Positions 1 through 17,871 of a DNA stretch of 64,000 nt are shown piece by piece. The notes beneath the pieces are model-generated. The model saw only the letters and a list, made by a program, of their open reading frames with translations. It made no database searches and was not told the origin of the DNA. Each line of letters starts with the position of its first letter. Position 1 is the first letter of the stretch. The stretch lies in NCBI RefSeq assembly GCF_009914755.1, contig NC_060944.1. The stretch is one strand, 5' to 3'. This DNA is from the human T2T-CHM13v2.0 reference genome, Homo sapiens. The translations under genes and the position numbers were made by a program.

Positions 1-137
1 GGATTACAGGCATGAGCCACCGTGCCCAGCCACCTCTGAGCACTTTAGATAGTATGTCTTAAGAACAAAGACATAGCCCGGCGCAGTGGCTCACGCCTGT
101 AATCCCAGCAGTTTGGGAGGCTGAGTCGGGCGGATCA

Positions 138-395
<258 letters not shown>

Positions 396-1662
396 TTATC
401 ACACTCAAGAAACTTAACATTGATATGATTGTGTATAATACATAGTCCATATTCAAATTTTTCTCTCATTTCAAAATTATTCTTTGTGGCCTAAAATCCT
501 GTATCCAATCATGATATTTTTGAACAATCCAGACTAGTTGTTGTATAGAAGTAAGTAGTTTGTTTTTTTTGTTTTGTTTTTTTTTTTTTTTTGAGACAGG
601 GCCTGGCTCCGTTGCCCAGGCTGGAGTGCAGTGGCATGATCACGGCTTACTGCAACCTCTGCCTCCTGTGCTCAAGCAATCTTGTGCCTCAGCTTCCTAA
701 ATAACTGGAATTAGAGGTGCGTGACACCACGCCTAGCTAATTTTTGTATTTTTAATAGAGATGGGTTTTTGTCATGTTGCCCAGGCTGGTCTTGAACTCC
801 TGGACTCGAAGCAATCCTCCCACCTCAGCCTCCCAAAGTGCTGGGATTTATAGGTGTGAGCCACCAGGCCTGGCAGTTAAGTACATTTTTTAAGGACTAA
901 TAAAAATGTAGAAATCTTCGTTATTTCCGGAATCCTTTATGTTTTACTGCCAGTACTAATGTAGTAATGCCAGACAGTAGTCATGTCTACTGTTCCAGGT
1001 TGTCCAAAGGATTCAGCAGCAAAGGATGAAAGTGGTGGGAAGTTTTGCATAGTGGTCGACCAAGGGCTAGTTTGGTGAGTGTCTTGCCTATGATAATGGA
1101 CAGGAAGACACCAGTTATTTTATTTTATTTTTATTTTATTTTATTTTATTTTAATTTTATTTTGTGTTGTGTTGTGTTATCTTTGAGATGGAGTCTCACT
1201 GTATCACCCAGGCTGGAGTGCAGTGGCGCAATCTCGGCTCACTGTAACCTCTGCCTCCCGGGTTGAAGTGATCCTCCTGCCTCAGCCTCTTGAGTAGCTG
1301 GGATTATATGCGTGAGCCACCACACCCGACTAATTTTTTGTATTTTTAGTAGAGACAGGGTTTTACCATGTTGGCCAGGCTGGTCTTGAACTCCTTACCT
1401 CAGGTGATCCACCCACCGCAGCCCCCCAAAGTGTTGGGATTACAGGCGTGAGCCACCACACCCAGCTGACACCAGTTATTTAACTCACATTTCTCTGTTT
1501 TCCTTTTAAAGGTAGTAGTGACACCTTTGAAATCTTTTGGCATTTTCTTTGCCTGTTCTCCCTTATGTGTTAAGGATAAGCTTACGTGCAGAATGGCTTG
1601 TTAAGTTTTTTCTCCTCCGTACTTGGAAATCTCATCTGGTGGGACATTAGGGTCAGAATTTT

Positions 1663-1790
1663 GTATATTATATATTATATATCTATCATGATATATATAA
1701 TGTATTTTATATATTATATATTATATAAATATCATGATAGATATATAATATATAATTATATATTATATATTTTATATTTATAAAATAAAA
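1663..1790. repeat. Low-complexity (TA)n-like tract
   Basis: Almost entirely A/T with short internal palindromes. Confidence 0.9.
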
Positions 1791-2238
1791 ATAAAAAATT
1801 GCAATTATTTTCAAATAGTAAAACCACGTAGATAAAATATAATTCTGGCCAGGCACGTGGCTCATGCCTGTAATCCCAGCACTTTGGGAGGCTAAGGTGG
1901 GTGGATCACCTGAGGTCAGGTGATATAATATACAACAGATATAATATGTCTATTATATATTATATATAATGTTATATAGATATCTATATTATATATAATA
2001 TATTAATAGATATATTAATATAATAATATATATTATATATTATACAGATATCTATAAATATATTATATATAATATATTATAGATATATCTATGTATATTA
2101 TATCACCTGACGTCAGGTGATCCACCCACCTTAGCCTCGCAAAGTGCTGGGATTACAGGCGTGAGCCACGTGCCTGGCCAGAATTATATTTTATCTACGT
2201 GGTTTTACTATTTGAAAATAATTGCAATTTTTTATTTT
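1788..2238. repeat. Inverted repeat: 147-bp arms (1788-1934 and 2092-2238), 157-bp AT-rich spacer
   Basis: Direct reverse-complement comparison gives 3 mismatches. Confidence 0.93.
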
Positions 2239-2493
2239 ATTTTTTGGTTCTGGAAACATTTGTGTGGACTTACCTATGATTGTCAGGTTTACTGATTTGC
2301 TGGAGATTTTTTGGGCATGACAAAGGGTTTCTTCTTTGATAAAAGTTTTTCTGGGTAATGTGATGGTACAGGTTGAGTATCCTTTATCTGAAATGCTTGA
2401 GACATGAAGTGTTTTGGATTTGAGAATTTTTAGCATCTTGGAATATTTACCACATACATAGTAAGGTACCTTGAGGATGGGGCCCAAGTCTAA

Positions 2494-2784
<291 letters not shown>

Positions 2785-2863
2785 TGATCTGCCTGCCTCA
2801 GCCTCCCAAAGTCCTGGGATTACAGGTGTGAACCACCGCACCTGGCCCCAAAATAAAGTTTTG

Positions 2864-3062
<199 letters not shown>

Positions 3063-3069
3063 TGAGTAA

Positions 3070-3071
<2 letters not shown>

Positions 3072-3103
<32 letters not shown>
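3072..3103. repeat. (TG)16 microsatellite
   Basis: Direct count. Confidence 0.95.
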
Positions 3104-3107
<4 letters not shown>

Positions 3108-3750
3108 AATAGAGATGGGGCTTTGCCATGTTGCCCAGCCTGGCTCTTGACCTCTTGGGCTCAAGCCATCTGCCCACCTTGACCTCCCAAAGTGCTAGGA
3201 TTATAGGCGTGAACCACCATGCCCAGCCTTTGACTGTGTTTTGATGGCAACCCATCACGTGAGGTCAGGTGTAGAAATTTCCATTTTTGGCGTCAGGTTG
3301 GCACTCCAAAGGTTTCAGATTGTGGAGCTCCTTGGAGTTTTGGATTAGGGATGCTCAGCCTGTACATTTGACAGTTTATTTACAGATGCTTGCATCAGTG
3401 CTTGGAGCTAGTCCTCAGTGGTGGGATAGGTGAAAATTATCTCTACTTTGAGTTCTTGATTTGAATTCTTTTTTCTTAAGCTTTTCCTAAAGTCATCTGT
3501 CAGTGTTGATTATTGCCCGGTTAGAGGTAGGATTTGTATTGTTTTTTTACACTTGGAATTTCCTGTTGTCATAAGATCACTGTGAACTCCCTTGTAGTGT
3601 TGTACATTCTTAGGACTTTCATGCTGAAATACTATGCTTTTATAAAATGGTTGTTGTGTCTTTGCTGAGTTTAAATAGGGTCCAGGCCAGGCATGGTGGC
3701 TCATGCTTACCCTGTCTCAAAAAAAAAACACCCTCAACTAAATATAGTTA

Positions 3751-3891
<141 letters not shown>

Positions 3892-4062
3892 CTAGCCAGG
3901 TGTGGTGGTGAACGCCTGTAGTCCCAGCTACTCGGGAGGCTGAGGCAGGAGAATCACTTGAACCCAGAGACAGAGTGAGACTCTGTCTCTCACACACACA
4001 CACACACAGATAAATAAATTGGGTTCATAAATGGTGATTCCAGCACTCACTGTCAGGTATAA

Positions 4063-4275
<213 letters not shown>

Positions 4276-4578
4276 TAGTAGAGATGGAGTTTTGCCATGT
4301 TGGTCAGGCTGACTTTGAACTCCTGACTTCATGTGATCCACCTGCCTTGGCCTCCCAAAGTGCTGGGATTACAGGTGTGAGCCACTGTGTCCAGCCAACA
4401 TTATTCACTTTTGTTGTTACATAAGATGTCACGGCCAGGCATGGTGGGTCACGCCTGTAATCCCAGCACTTTGGGAGGCTGAGGTGTGTGGATCACCTGA
4501 GGTCAGGAGTTTGAGACCAGCCTGGCCAACCTGGTGAAACCCCGTCTGTACTAAAAATATGAAAATTAGCTGGGATTA

Positions 4579-4743
<165 letters not shown>

Positions 4744-6373
4744 TTATGGCTATTTGTACTTTATTATACTTCATGTGATGATATATGGTTCAGCATCAGG
4801 GTCTTTTTTCAGTTAAGTTCAGTTGAACCCTTTTCCTGTTTAGAATATTTTTTAAAAGTATAAAAAAACTTAATAAAAGAAATGGATGGCTGGGCATGGT
4901 GGCTCACCCCTGTAATCCCAGCACTTTGGTAGGCTGAGGCGGGCAGATCACCTGAGGTCAGGAGTTCAAGACCAGCCTGGCCAACACAGTGAAACTCCAT
5001 CTCTACTAAAAATACAAAAATTAGCTGGGCGTGGCGGCGGCCGCCTGTAATCCCAGCCACTTGGGAGGCTGAGGCAGGAGAATCCCTTGAACCCGGGAGG
5101 CGGAGATTGCAATGAGCCTATTGCGCAACTGCACTGTAGCCTGGGCGACAAGAAGGAGACTCCGTCCCTCCCATAAAAAAAAGAAATAGATGACTACATT
5201 TAAAATATCTTCCATTTAAATCCATAGTTTACAAATAAAGGAAAAAGCAGTGGAGGAAGAGAGTGAGATAATTACTTCATTTTTACAATGTTAAATAATT
5301 ACAATTAAAATTTTTGTGTACAATTCCACATTTAATAGCAATTTGCAAATGCCTTATTGCCAGGTGTGGTGTCTTACGCCTGTAATCCCAGTACTTTGGG
5401 AGCCCAAGGTGGGAGAATTGCTTGAGCCCTGGAATTCGAGACCAGCCTGGGCAACATAGCGAAACTTTTGTCTCTACAAGAAATAAAATTAGCCAGGTGT
5501 GGTAGCCTGCATCTGTAGTTGGAGGTACTGGGGGAGCTGACGTGAGAGGATTGCTTGAGCCCAGGAGGTTGAGGCTGCAGCTGACATCAAGCCACTAGAC
5601 TCTATCCTGGGCGACTAATTGAGACCCTGTCTCAACGAACAAAGAAACAAAAAAAACCCAAATGATTTACTTACCATTAAATACCAAGAAAAGAATGACT
5701 GGAGTAAGCTTAGATTTAGATACAACAAAATCATGGAGCTTATCATTTGAAAGGCATTTTTGACTTTTCATAGGTGTGTAGCAAGCAAAGTGGTCCTTTT
5801 GAAAAATGCAAGTCACATCATGTCACTTTTCTGCTTGGCCTTTGCCTACTTCTCGAATGGTTCTCCTAGCACATTCTAACTGGTCATTATTCATTGTGTT
5901 TCAGCCATTCTGGCCTTCAACCTATTTCTCAAACACCCCAATCTTGGGTATACTTTAGGGCCCTTGCATTTGCTAGCTCATTTACCTGGAAAATTCTGCG
6001 GTAACTTCTTGCACATAATAGGTGCTAATAAATATTGGCTGCATGCAACCAAAAAAGCTGGCTTCGGTAGTAGAAGTAGTAGAAGAGAACATTACCAAAG
6101 TCCTTTTTTTTGAGACAAGATTTCCCTCTGTTATCTAGGCTGAGTGCAGTGGTGCCATCACGGCTCACTGCAGCCTTGACTTCTTGGACTCAAATGATCC
6201 TCCCACCTCAGCCTCCTGAGAAGCTGGGACCACAGGTGTGTGTCACCATGCCTGGCCAATTTTTTTATTTGTAGAGAAGAGGTCTTACTGTGTTGCCCAG
6301 AATGGTGTCAAACTCCTGGGCTCAAGTGATCCACCTGCCTCAGCCTCCCAAAATGCTGAGATTATAGGTGTGA

Positions 6374-6526
<153 letters not shown>

Positions 6527-6633
6527 TGAGTAGCTGGGACTACAGGCGCCTGCTACCACGCCCGGCTAATTTTTTATATTTTTAGTAGAGACGGGGTTTC
6601 ACCATGTTGGCCAGGATGGTCTCGATCTTTTGA

Positions 6634-7082
<449 letters not shown>

Positions 7083-7441
7083 TGAATTCTCGTCCTCAGG
7101 TGATCCACCCGCCTTGACCTCCCGAAGTCCTGGGATTACAGGTGTGAGCCAGCGCGCCCGGCCTCTTGCCCTCTTTAGAGCAGTTCTACATAAATCTGTG
7201 GAATAATCTGCTGACGTTAGAAATAAACCTTTCTCAGGGTGTGGCCATAATCTGGTTCGTTGTAATTGCTGAAGGAAAAAACTGAACCCTTAGGAACAGT
7301 TTAAACATTCTAGGTGGTTTTTAGATATATTATTCCTGTTAGAGTTTTGAACTTTGATCATCTTGTTAGAAAAAAGAGGCCAGGCACTGTGCCTCATACC
7401 TGTAATCCCAGCATTTTGGAGGCTGAGTCGTCAGGAAGTCA

Positions 7442-7696
<255 letters not shown>

Positions 7697-8145
7697 TCAT
7701 TTAAAAATGAATGGTAGCAACATTTTAGATAATAACTTATGTAGTCTGTGTGAATCTCATCAAATATATGTGATTTTTAATGCTTGGAATCCTAGAATTT
7801 TAGTGAGGGAGGAGCTCTCAAGTTATCTAATTTACTGTCATTTTACAGATAAAAACTAAACTTCTGATAGATGAAAGGATTTATACCATACATCTATATG
7901 ATAATTGCATATGGCTGAGTTGAGGTTAGAACCCAGGACCCAATCTTTGATTTGATTTCTTTTCATTATGCCAATTTAGAATAAAATTTTTTCTCTTGGT
8001 TTTCTGACCTTTGGCCACTTCATCTTTTGAAGGATCTTGTAAGTTCCTTGATATTTCTCAAAATGTCAGTTTTATTCTCTTCAATGAAAGTTCTTGTTAG
8101 GTGAAAGTAGCCTTTCATATCCTTAAATGTGAACCTGTTCCTTAG

Positions 8146-8433
<288 letters not shown>

Positions 8434-9078
8434 TGATCCTCCCGCCTCGGCCTCCCACAAGTGCTGGGATTACAGGCGTGAGCCACTGCACCCGGCCAGT
8501 TGTTGGTTTTCTTTTCTGTGCCAGATTGAGTGATATATGGTGGTACTAAGAGCACTGGAATAGGAGTCAAGGACTGAGGTACAGCATAGCACCTCATGTA
8601 TTACTTGGTATCTCCACTTGTCTCTAACACTGAAGAGGTATAATTGGTTGTTTAAAAACTGTGGGTGTAAAACGCTAGTATCCCATGAAATGGAACTGCA
8701 GAATATAAGTGGATGACTCTGAAACTGCTTTTGAAACAAGCATGAGGGCTCAGTTTCTCCATCTCTCGTGGGCTCCACCATCACTGTCTGACATCCTGAT
8801 CTCCTAAGGCATCTTTCCTCCATCCCAGAGCTCTGTTGAAAATCTCTTGGGCTAAAAACCAGTACAGACCTTCTGATACTCACGTTCTAGCCTTTTTAGA
8901 TTGTTGTGTGTGAAGAGTAAGTCAGCTGTGGATATTTTTCTTTCCTATTTTGTGAGGCATTTGGTATTTACTGGAGGCTGCCTGTTTTGTTGCAAACCTT
9001 GTTCCACTGTGTACTATAGGAGGTCTGCTCAGAAAGCCTAGTTAGTAGAGCAGTACCATTTGCTTTGGTCAATTGTAG

Positions 9079-9255
<177 letters not shown>

Positions 9256-11271
9256 TAATTCTGTATTTTTAATAGAGATGGGGTTTCACCCCCAGGCTGG
9301 TCTTAAACTCCTAACCTCAAGTGATCCACTTGCTTCGGCCTCCCAAAGTGCTAGGATTACAGGTGTGAGCCACCGTGCCCGGCCAGCAATCTGGTTTTAA
9401 AGGAGGCTTTGACCCCTCATTTGGTAAAAGGTTCCTTCTTTGACTAATTCCCAAAGGACATCTCGATCTGTCTTCAAAAGAAGGGGTATTCCGTTGTCAG
9501 TATTCCTAGCTAGCTCTGGGAGAAGAGAGAACTTGATTGTTTTCAGGGCCCTGGTCAGAGTCTGGTTTTATGCCCAAGGGATGAACTGCCTTTTGTCCTT
9601 CTACCTCCTGAAGTTCAGAGCCCTGTGAAAATGAAGTGGTAAAGGTCAAGTAGCAGTAGTTTGAAAAGCACCAGCACTGGGACGATTTTGTGGTAGCCTA
9701 GCAGAGTGGGCAGGATGCTTACTTCAGAGGTGCTAAAGATGTATTTTTTTTTGGAACAAGAAGGTTATAAATGTTTCTATTAAGTTTGATTTTAAAGCAT
9801 GAGGGTTCTGGGAAAATGAGAAGATTGTACATACTCTAGGCTTCCTTGGGACTGCATTTGAAAAAAAAAAAACTTTTCTTTGGGTCAGCCAGTATGAAAA
9901 CTGCATTTGATCTCAATCCTTCAGATCAGGCTTTTGGGGAGAGTTAGTTGAAGAATTTGTTTAGTCTAAGAAAGTTGCTTCTAGCTTAGCTAAATCTGGA
10001 AGAAAAAATGGAACCTGATGTTTGAGTGCTAACTGTATTCCAGACAGACGTTATACTCCTTATATTGGTCCTTTTGAAGCATAAATATGTTTCCAAGTCC
10101 TATAATAATGAGGAAATTGCCTGTGAGAGTTTAAGTAAATTGTACAAAGTAACACTTTTGGTTCAGAGATTTGTTTTTAATACAGAGAGGACAGGTTAGG
10201 AACTTTGAAGCTTCAGCTAAATGAGTCAGTTCTCAAATGTTTGAGAAGCATGCTCAAGGTTCTGGAGGAATAGCTTAATTAATTTGTACATCATGAGAGG
10301 AGTAGGGAGCAAAAATATGTATAATTTCTTCTGAATGATGCTGTCTTTTTTGATGCAGTGGTGCTAAATGGGCTTTGCTTGTATGATACTTCTTAAATGC
10401 ATTAGCTAATTATTTTGTTTTAGTCTTCTTTTTTGAAATACAGATGACTCTTTGAGCTGGTTTTCTTTGGAAAGTTATCTGTCCTGACAATTCTACTTCT
10501 AAAACTTCAACTTTTTTTTTTTAGTCTTCATTTCCATTGCCACCACCCTATCCTAAATTATCCCGTTATGCTGGATACTGAAATAGCTTCTGCCTGGTCT
10601 ACTTACTTTCACTTCGCCCCCTTACGATCCAGTGCTTTGCTCCTTTTAATCCAGTGGCCAGAGGGATTTTTTTCAAAACATAATTTGATTATAACAGATC
10701 TATGTTTGATACTTATCCATGGTTTCCCATGGCAGTTGCAGAAAAATCCAAACCTTGTTTGGCCACACTGCCCTTCTTTCAGTAATTTGAATTCCTTAAG
10801 CTTTTTCCAGTTTCAGGATTTCCCATTTTGAACTCTTTCTCCTCCACTTTTTCCTGGCCACAGGTTTCAAGAGCTGACAACTTACCTCAGTTCTTAAGAG
10901 GATCCTTCATTTATCTCTAAATTGGATTTTCCTGTGTCCAAACCTTACTTGTTATCACAAGTTTATAATTATTTGGGTGATTGTTTGATGTGTCTCTCCT
11001 GACTGGGCCTTAGGGGCAGAGAATCTGTATTATTTTGTTCTTGTTTATATCCCTAGGAGCTCTTATGGTAGGTATTCAATAAATGTTTGTTGAATAAAGG
11101 CAGTGGAAAAACACATAGAAGAGGTGCTGTGGCAGCAGTTCTCAGTGCCAACAGTTGAATTGGTTTACAATAGTAATTTTTAGTGTCAACAAGGAGATGT
11201 GTAGTATGGAATGTTTATTAGCAAGATCTTTTTCTCATGGAATGGAATGTTTGAAAACCTCCAAAGTGTAA

Positions 11272-11481
<210 letters not shown>

Positions 11482-12589
11482 TAATTATTAGAGATGGGGT
11501 TTCGCCATGTTGACCAGGCTGGTCTCAAGCTCCTGGCCTCAAGTGATCTGCCAGCCTTGGCCTCCCAAAGTGCTGGGATTACAGATGAGAGCCACCGTGC
11601 CCGGCCCATTGTTACTTCTGAAATCGAAATCAAATGCCATATTGATTCCTGATCTTTTGTGTATGACCTCTCTCTCTCTTTTTTTTTTTTTTTTTTGCTA
11701 CCTCTCCCCGAAAGTTTTTAGGATCTTTTTTTCCACGATTATGTACCTTGATGTGGGTCTTTTCTCGCCCTTTGTGCTATTAGGTCTAGCAACTCATGTG
11801 TCTCAGGTCTGGGAAATGATTTTACAGTTTTTCCAGCTGGTGCGTAACTAGCTGTTTGTTCTGATACTGTCAGTATTTAACTTTATGTTAGAAACATTTC
11901 ATAATGCAAATGAAAAATTTAAGCCAGGTGCAGTGGCTCATGCACTTTGTGAGGCTGAGGTGGGAGGAACACTTGAGGTCAGGAGTTCAAAACCAGCCTG
12001 GCCAACATGGTGAAACCCCTTCTACTAAAAAAACAAAAAAACAAAAATTAACTGGGCATGGTTGTGCACCCCCATAATCCCAGTTACTCAGGAGGCTGAG
12101 GTACGAGAATCACTGGAACTGGGAGACAGGTTTCAGTGAGCCGAGACTGAGACAGAGCAAGACCCTGTCTCAAAATATAAATAAAATACATAAAAAATTT
12201 AATATTATGTATATAATATCCAGCCCAGGCTTTTCTATTTGTCATGCCCTGTTTCTTTCACATCATAGCCTTACTCAGATGCCTGCTGATCCTTGATTGA
12301 GGTGTGATGCTTGAGAGTCAGGCTCTTAAATACTACTGGCGAATTCAGTGCATTGTGGTTTTGTGACTTCACTTGTCTCTTACAGAAGTGGGGAAGTGGT
12401 TTTTACTTCGATGCATGGTTCTGAAGTAGAGATGTCTATCTCCTGATGCACACTTTAAATAATCCCCATGTTTTCCACTCCATACTCCATCCTTGTCTGG
12501 TTTAAGCTCTTAGCCTGTCTGCAGTTCAGGGGATGAATCTGCTTGGTTCTTTTCAGCATCTCCCTCTGCAACGCTTAGATCTCATCTTC

Positions 12590-13423
<834 letters not shown>

Positions 13424-14387
13424 TAGTGAGTTATGTTAATAGATTCTTTTTTTCCAGTGCTCAAGCATCCTTGCATTCCTAGGATAAATGGTACTTCAAC
13501 ATGATTTTCCTTTTAAATATACATTGCTGGATTTAGGTTATAAATTATTGAGAATTTTTGCATCTGTATTTACAAGTGTTACATTCTAATTTCAGGCCTT
13601 TTCCAGTTTTATTATCAAAACAAGCTGTGCTGTTTTTCCTCTCTTGATTCTCAGTAGTAGTCTCTTTAAGATAGTGATTATTCATTCTTTTTGGTAGATC
13701 ATGCCTATAAGACCTGGGCATGTATGTTTTTATTGTGGGAATATATTGTTTTTACTTTCCTTGTTATGAAATATATAATTTATTTTAAAATATGTATATA
13801 CAGAGTTTGTGTTCCTTTAAAGAATAATAGCTAAAAATAAATTGCACGCCCCCACATCCAACCATCGTCAAACAAAACATCTTTTACACTCTATTTTATT
13901 TATTTATTTTCCCCCACCCCTCTAGAGTATACACCCTTTTGGAGCCTCTGAGCATTTTCCTTTCCCTCACTGCTTTAGAAACCTCTATTCAGATTTTTCA
14001 TATTAATGATTCTTTTGCTTTTAACCCACATGTGTTACTGAAGTTTAAGTCCTAAATAATAATTTTTCCTGCTTTAAAATATATTTTTATGTCAATGAAA
14101 TCATACTGGTGGATGTATTTTCTCTGATTTGCTGCTTTTGCCTCTCATTTCTGAGCTTGATCTATGTTGGTGCATTTATAGAAATACTTCATATTTTCTG
14201 CTGTGTATCATCTTATGCTATCAACGTGCCATATGATTTACCTGTTCTTAGCATGTATTTGGGTTGTTTCTGGTTCTTGCTGTAACAAACAGCTGCATTT
14301 AGTGCTTGTGTATGTGTCTCCTGATGCATGTGTGCATTCACTTCTCTGGGGTGTATATGTTGCTGGGAATGGGACTGAGTATTGTGA

Positions 14388-14795
<408 letters not shown>

Positions 14796-14903
14796 TGAGA
14801 GTTTGATTTCTTTAGTTCAAATTTGTTTTAAAGTTATATTTGGTATTTTAACAGTGCTATTTAAATATATGCCATATATGGCTTGAATGCAATTATCCTA
14901 GTA

Positions 14904-15237
14904 CAGATGGTCCTTGACTTATGATGTTTTTGTGTCCCTGTAAGCCCACCTTAAGTTGAAAATATTAAGTTGAAAATGCATTTAATATGACTAACCTGCT
15001 GTAAATCCTAACTTAGCCTACCTTAAATGCACTTAGAACACTTAAATTAGTTTACAGTGGGCAAATCATCAAACACAAAGCCTATTTGTAATAAAGTGTT
15101 GAATATCTTATATAATTTATTGAATACTAAAGTGAAAAACAATAGTTGTATGAGTAGTCAGAGTATGGCTTCTCTTCAATGCATATCACTTTCATATACC
15201 ATCGTAAACTCAAAAAATCATAAGTCAGGGTATGCTG
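14904..15237. mobile_element. MER47A-like TcMar-Tigger MITE
   Basis: TA-CAGATGGTCCTTGACTTATGATG...CATAAGTCAGGGTATGCTG-TA; internal match to recalled consensus. Confidence 0.75.
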
Positions 15238-17063
15238 TATATTTTATTGGTGCTAACATACTTCCATTTTAAAATACAGGAAATTCACCTTTTTTTGTGT
15301 ATAGTCTTGTAAGTTTTGACAGATCTATATACAGATATGTAATCCCCACCCATGATTCTTTTTTAATTTAAAAAAATATATTTTTGAGACAGTCTCACTG
15401 TCACCCAGGCTGGAATGCAGTGGCATGATCGTAGCTCACTGCAGCCTCAAACTCCTGGCCTTAAGTGCTCCTCCTGCCTCAGCCTCCCAAAGTGCTAGGA
15501 TTACAGGAATGAGCCAGTGTGCCCTGCCACCACCATAATTAAGATCCAGAACAGTTTCATCATCCCAGAAACTTTCCCTGTATCCTTTTGTAGTCAGCTT
15601 CTTTTTTCACCCCCAGCTCCTGGTGACCACTGATTTGTTCTCTGTCCTTGCAGTACTGTCTTTTCCAGAATGCCATATAAATTGAATCCTACATTATATA
15701 ACACTTTGAGTCTGGCGTCTTTTACTTAGTGTGAAGTATTTGAGATTTATTTGTCTTGTGATGTGTATTAGCAATTTATTTCTTTTTTCTTTTTTTTCTT
15801 TTTGGAGACAAGGTCTTGCTCTGTCACCCAGGCTGAAGTGCAGCGGCACGATCATAGTTCACTGCAGGCTTAAACTCAAGCAATCCTCCCACTTCAGCCT
15901 CCTGAGTAGCTGGGACTGCAGGCGCACACCACCATGTTCAGCTAATTTTTTTTTTTTCTTGGTAGAGACAGGATCTCACTCTGTTGCCCAGGCTGATTTC
16001 AAACTCCTGGCCTCAAGGAATCCTCCCACCTATGCCTCTCAAAGTGCTGGGATTACAGGTGTGAACCATTACAGTTGGCTAGCAGTTTATTTCTGTATAT
16101 TGCAGGATAGTATCTCATTGTATAGATGTACCACATTTTGCGTATTCATTCTTCAGTTGATAGACATTTGGACTACTTCCTCCTTTTGGCTGCTGTGAGT
16201 AATGCTGCTGTGAATAAATATTTGTGTGTAAGTTTCTATGTGGACATACAGTTTCATTATTCTTGGGTAGATAAACCTTGGAGTAATTGCTGGGTTGGGT
16301 GGTAATTTCTGTTTAACTTTTAAAGAAATAGCTAAGCTGTTTTCCAAAGTGGCTTCACCATCTTAAATTCAAGTTTTTGTTTTCGTTGTATTTGAGGCAG
16401 AGCTTTACTCTCTTGCCCAGGCTGGAGTGCAATGGCAAGATTATATTATAGCTCACTGCAGCCTCGATCTTCCAGGCTCAAGCGATCCTCTCACCTCAGC
16501 CTCCCAGGTAGCTGAGAGTACAGGTGTGTGTCACCATGCCTGGCTAAGTTTTGATTTTTAGTAGAGATAAGGTCTGGCTATGTTTCCCAGGCTGGTCTTG
16601 AACTTCTGAGCTCAAGCAGTCCTCCTGCCTTGGCCTCCCAAAGTGCTGGGATTGCAGGTGTGAGCCACCAAGCCCAGCCAAGGTTTTTGTGTTTTAGTAA
16701 AATTTCTGCTCTTCCTGGCAATACTTTTTTCTGAAATTTACTTTGATATTGATATAGTCACTCCAGTTCTTTTCAGTGCTTAGTTTTTGCATGGTATATT
16801 TTTTCCATCCTTTTGTGTTATACTGTCTGTTTCATTATATTTGTAGTTGGACCTTGATTTTTTTTTTTTTCCCTAATTCTTTTACTTGGGATGCTTGGAC
16901 CTAATGTGTGTCTAGTTTTTCCTAATGTGTCTTTTACTTGGGATGCTTGGACCATGTGTATTTAATTATTGATATGGTTGGGTTAAGTCCACCATCTAGC
17001 TATTTGTTATTTATTTATTTTTAGAGCCAAGGTCTTGCTGTGCCACCCAGGCTGGGGTGCTAG

Positions 17064-17306
<243 letters not shown>

Positions 17307-17871
17307 TGAGATTACAGGTGCCTGCCACCATGCCCAGCTAATTCTGTATTTTTAGTAGAGATGGGGTTTCACTATGTTGGCCAGGCTGATCTTGAACTCT
17401 TGACCTCGTGATCTGCCCGCCTCGGCCTCCCAAAGTGTTGGAAGGCCGAGGCGGGCAGATCACGCCTGTGCTGGGAGGCTGAGGCGGGTAGCCACTGCTC
17501 CCAGCCCTGAAATCTTTCCTCTTTTCTAAGATAGACATTTAATGCACACACACATTTTGATATGCTATGTTTTAATTTTCATTCAGCTTAAAATATCTAA
17601 TTTTTCTTTTGATTTATTCTTTAACTTACTGATTATTTAGAAGTGTGATATTATATTTTGGGAATAAAAATCCAGAGATCTTACTGTTACTGATTTTTGA
17701 TTTAATTCCATTGTGGTAAGAGAACATACCTTATATGATTTGAATCCTTTTAAATTGATTGAGACTTGTTTTATGGATCAGAATAAGGTGTCTTGATAAA
17801 GGTTCCACGGGCACTTGAAAAGAATGTGTATTCTACTGTTGTTAGGTAGAGCATTCTATTAATGTTGATTG

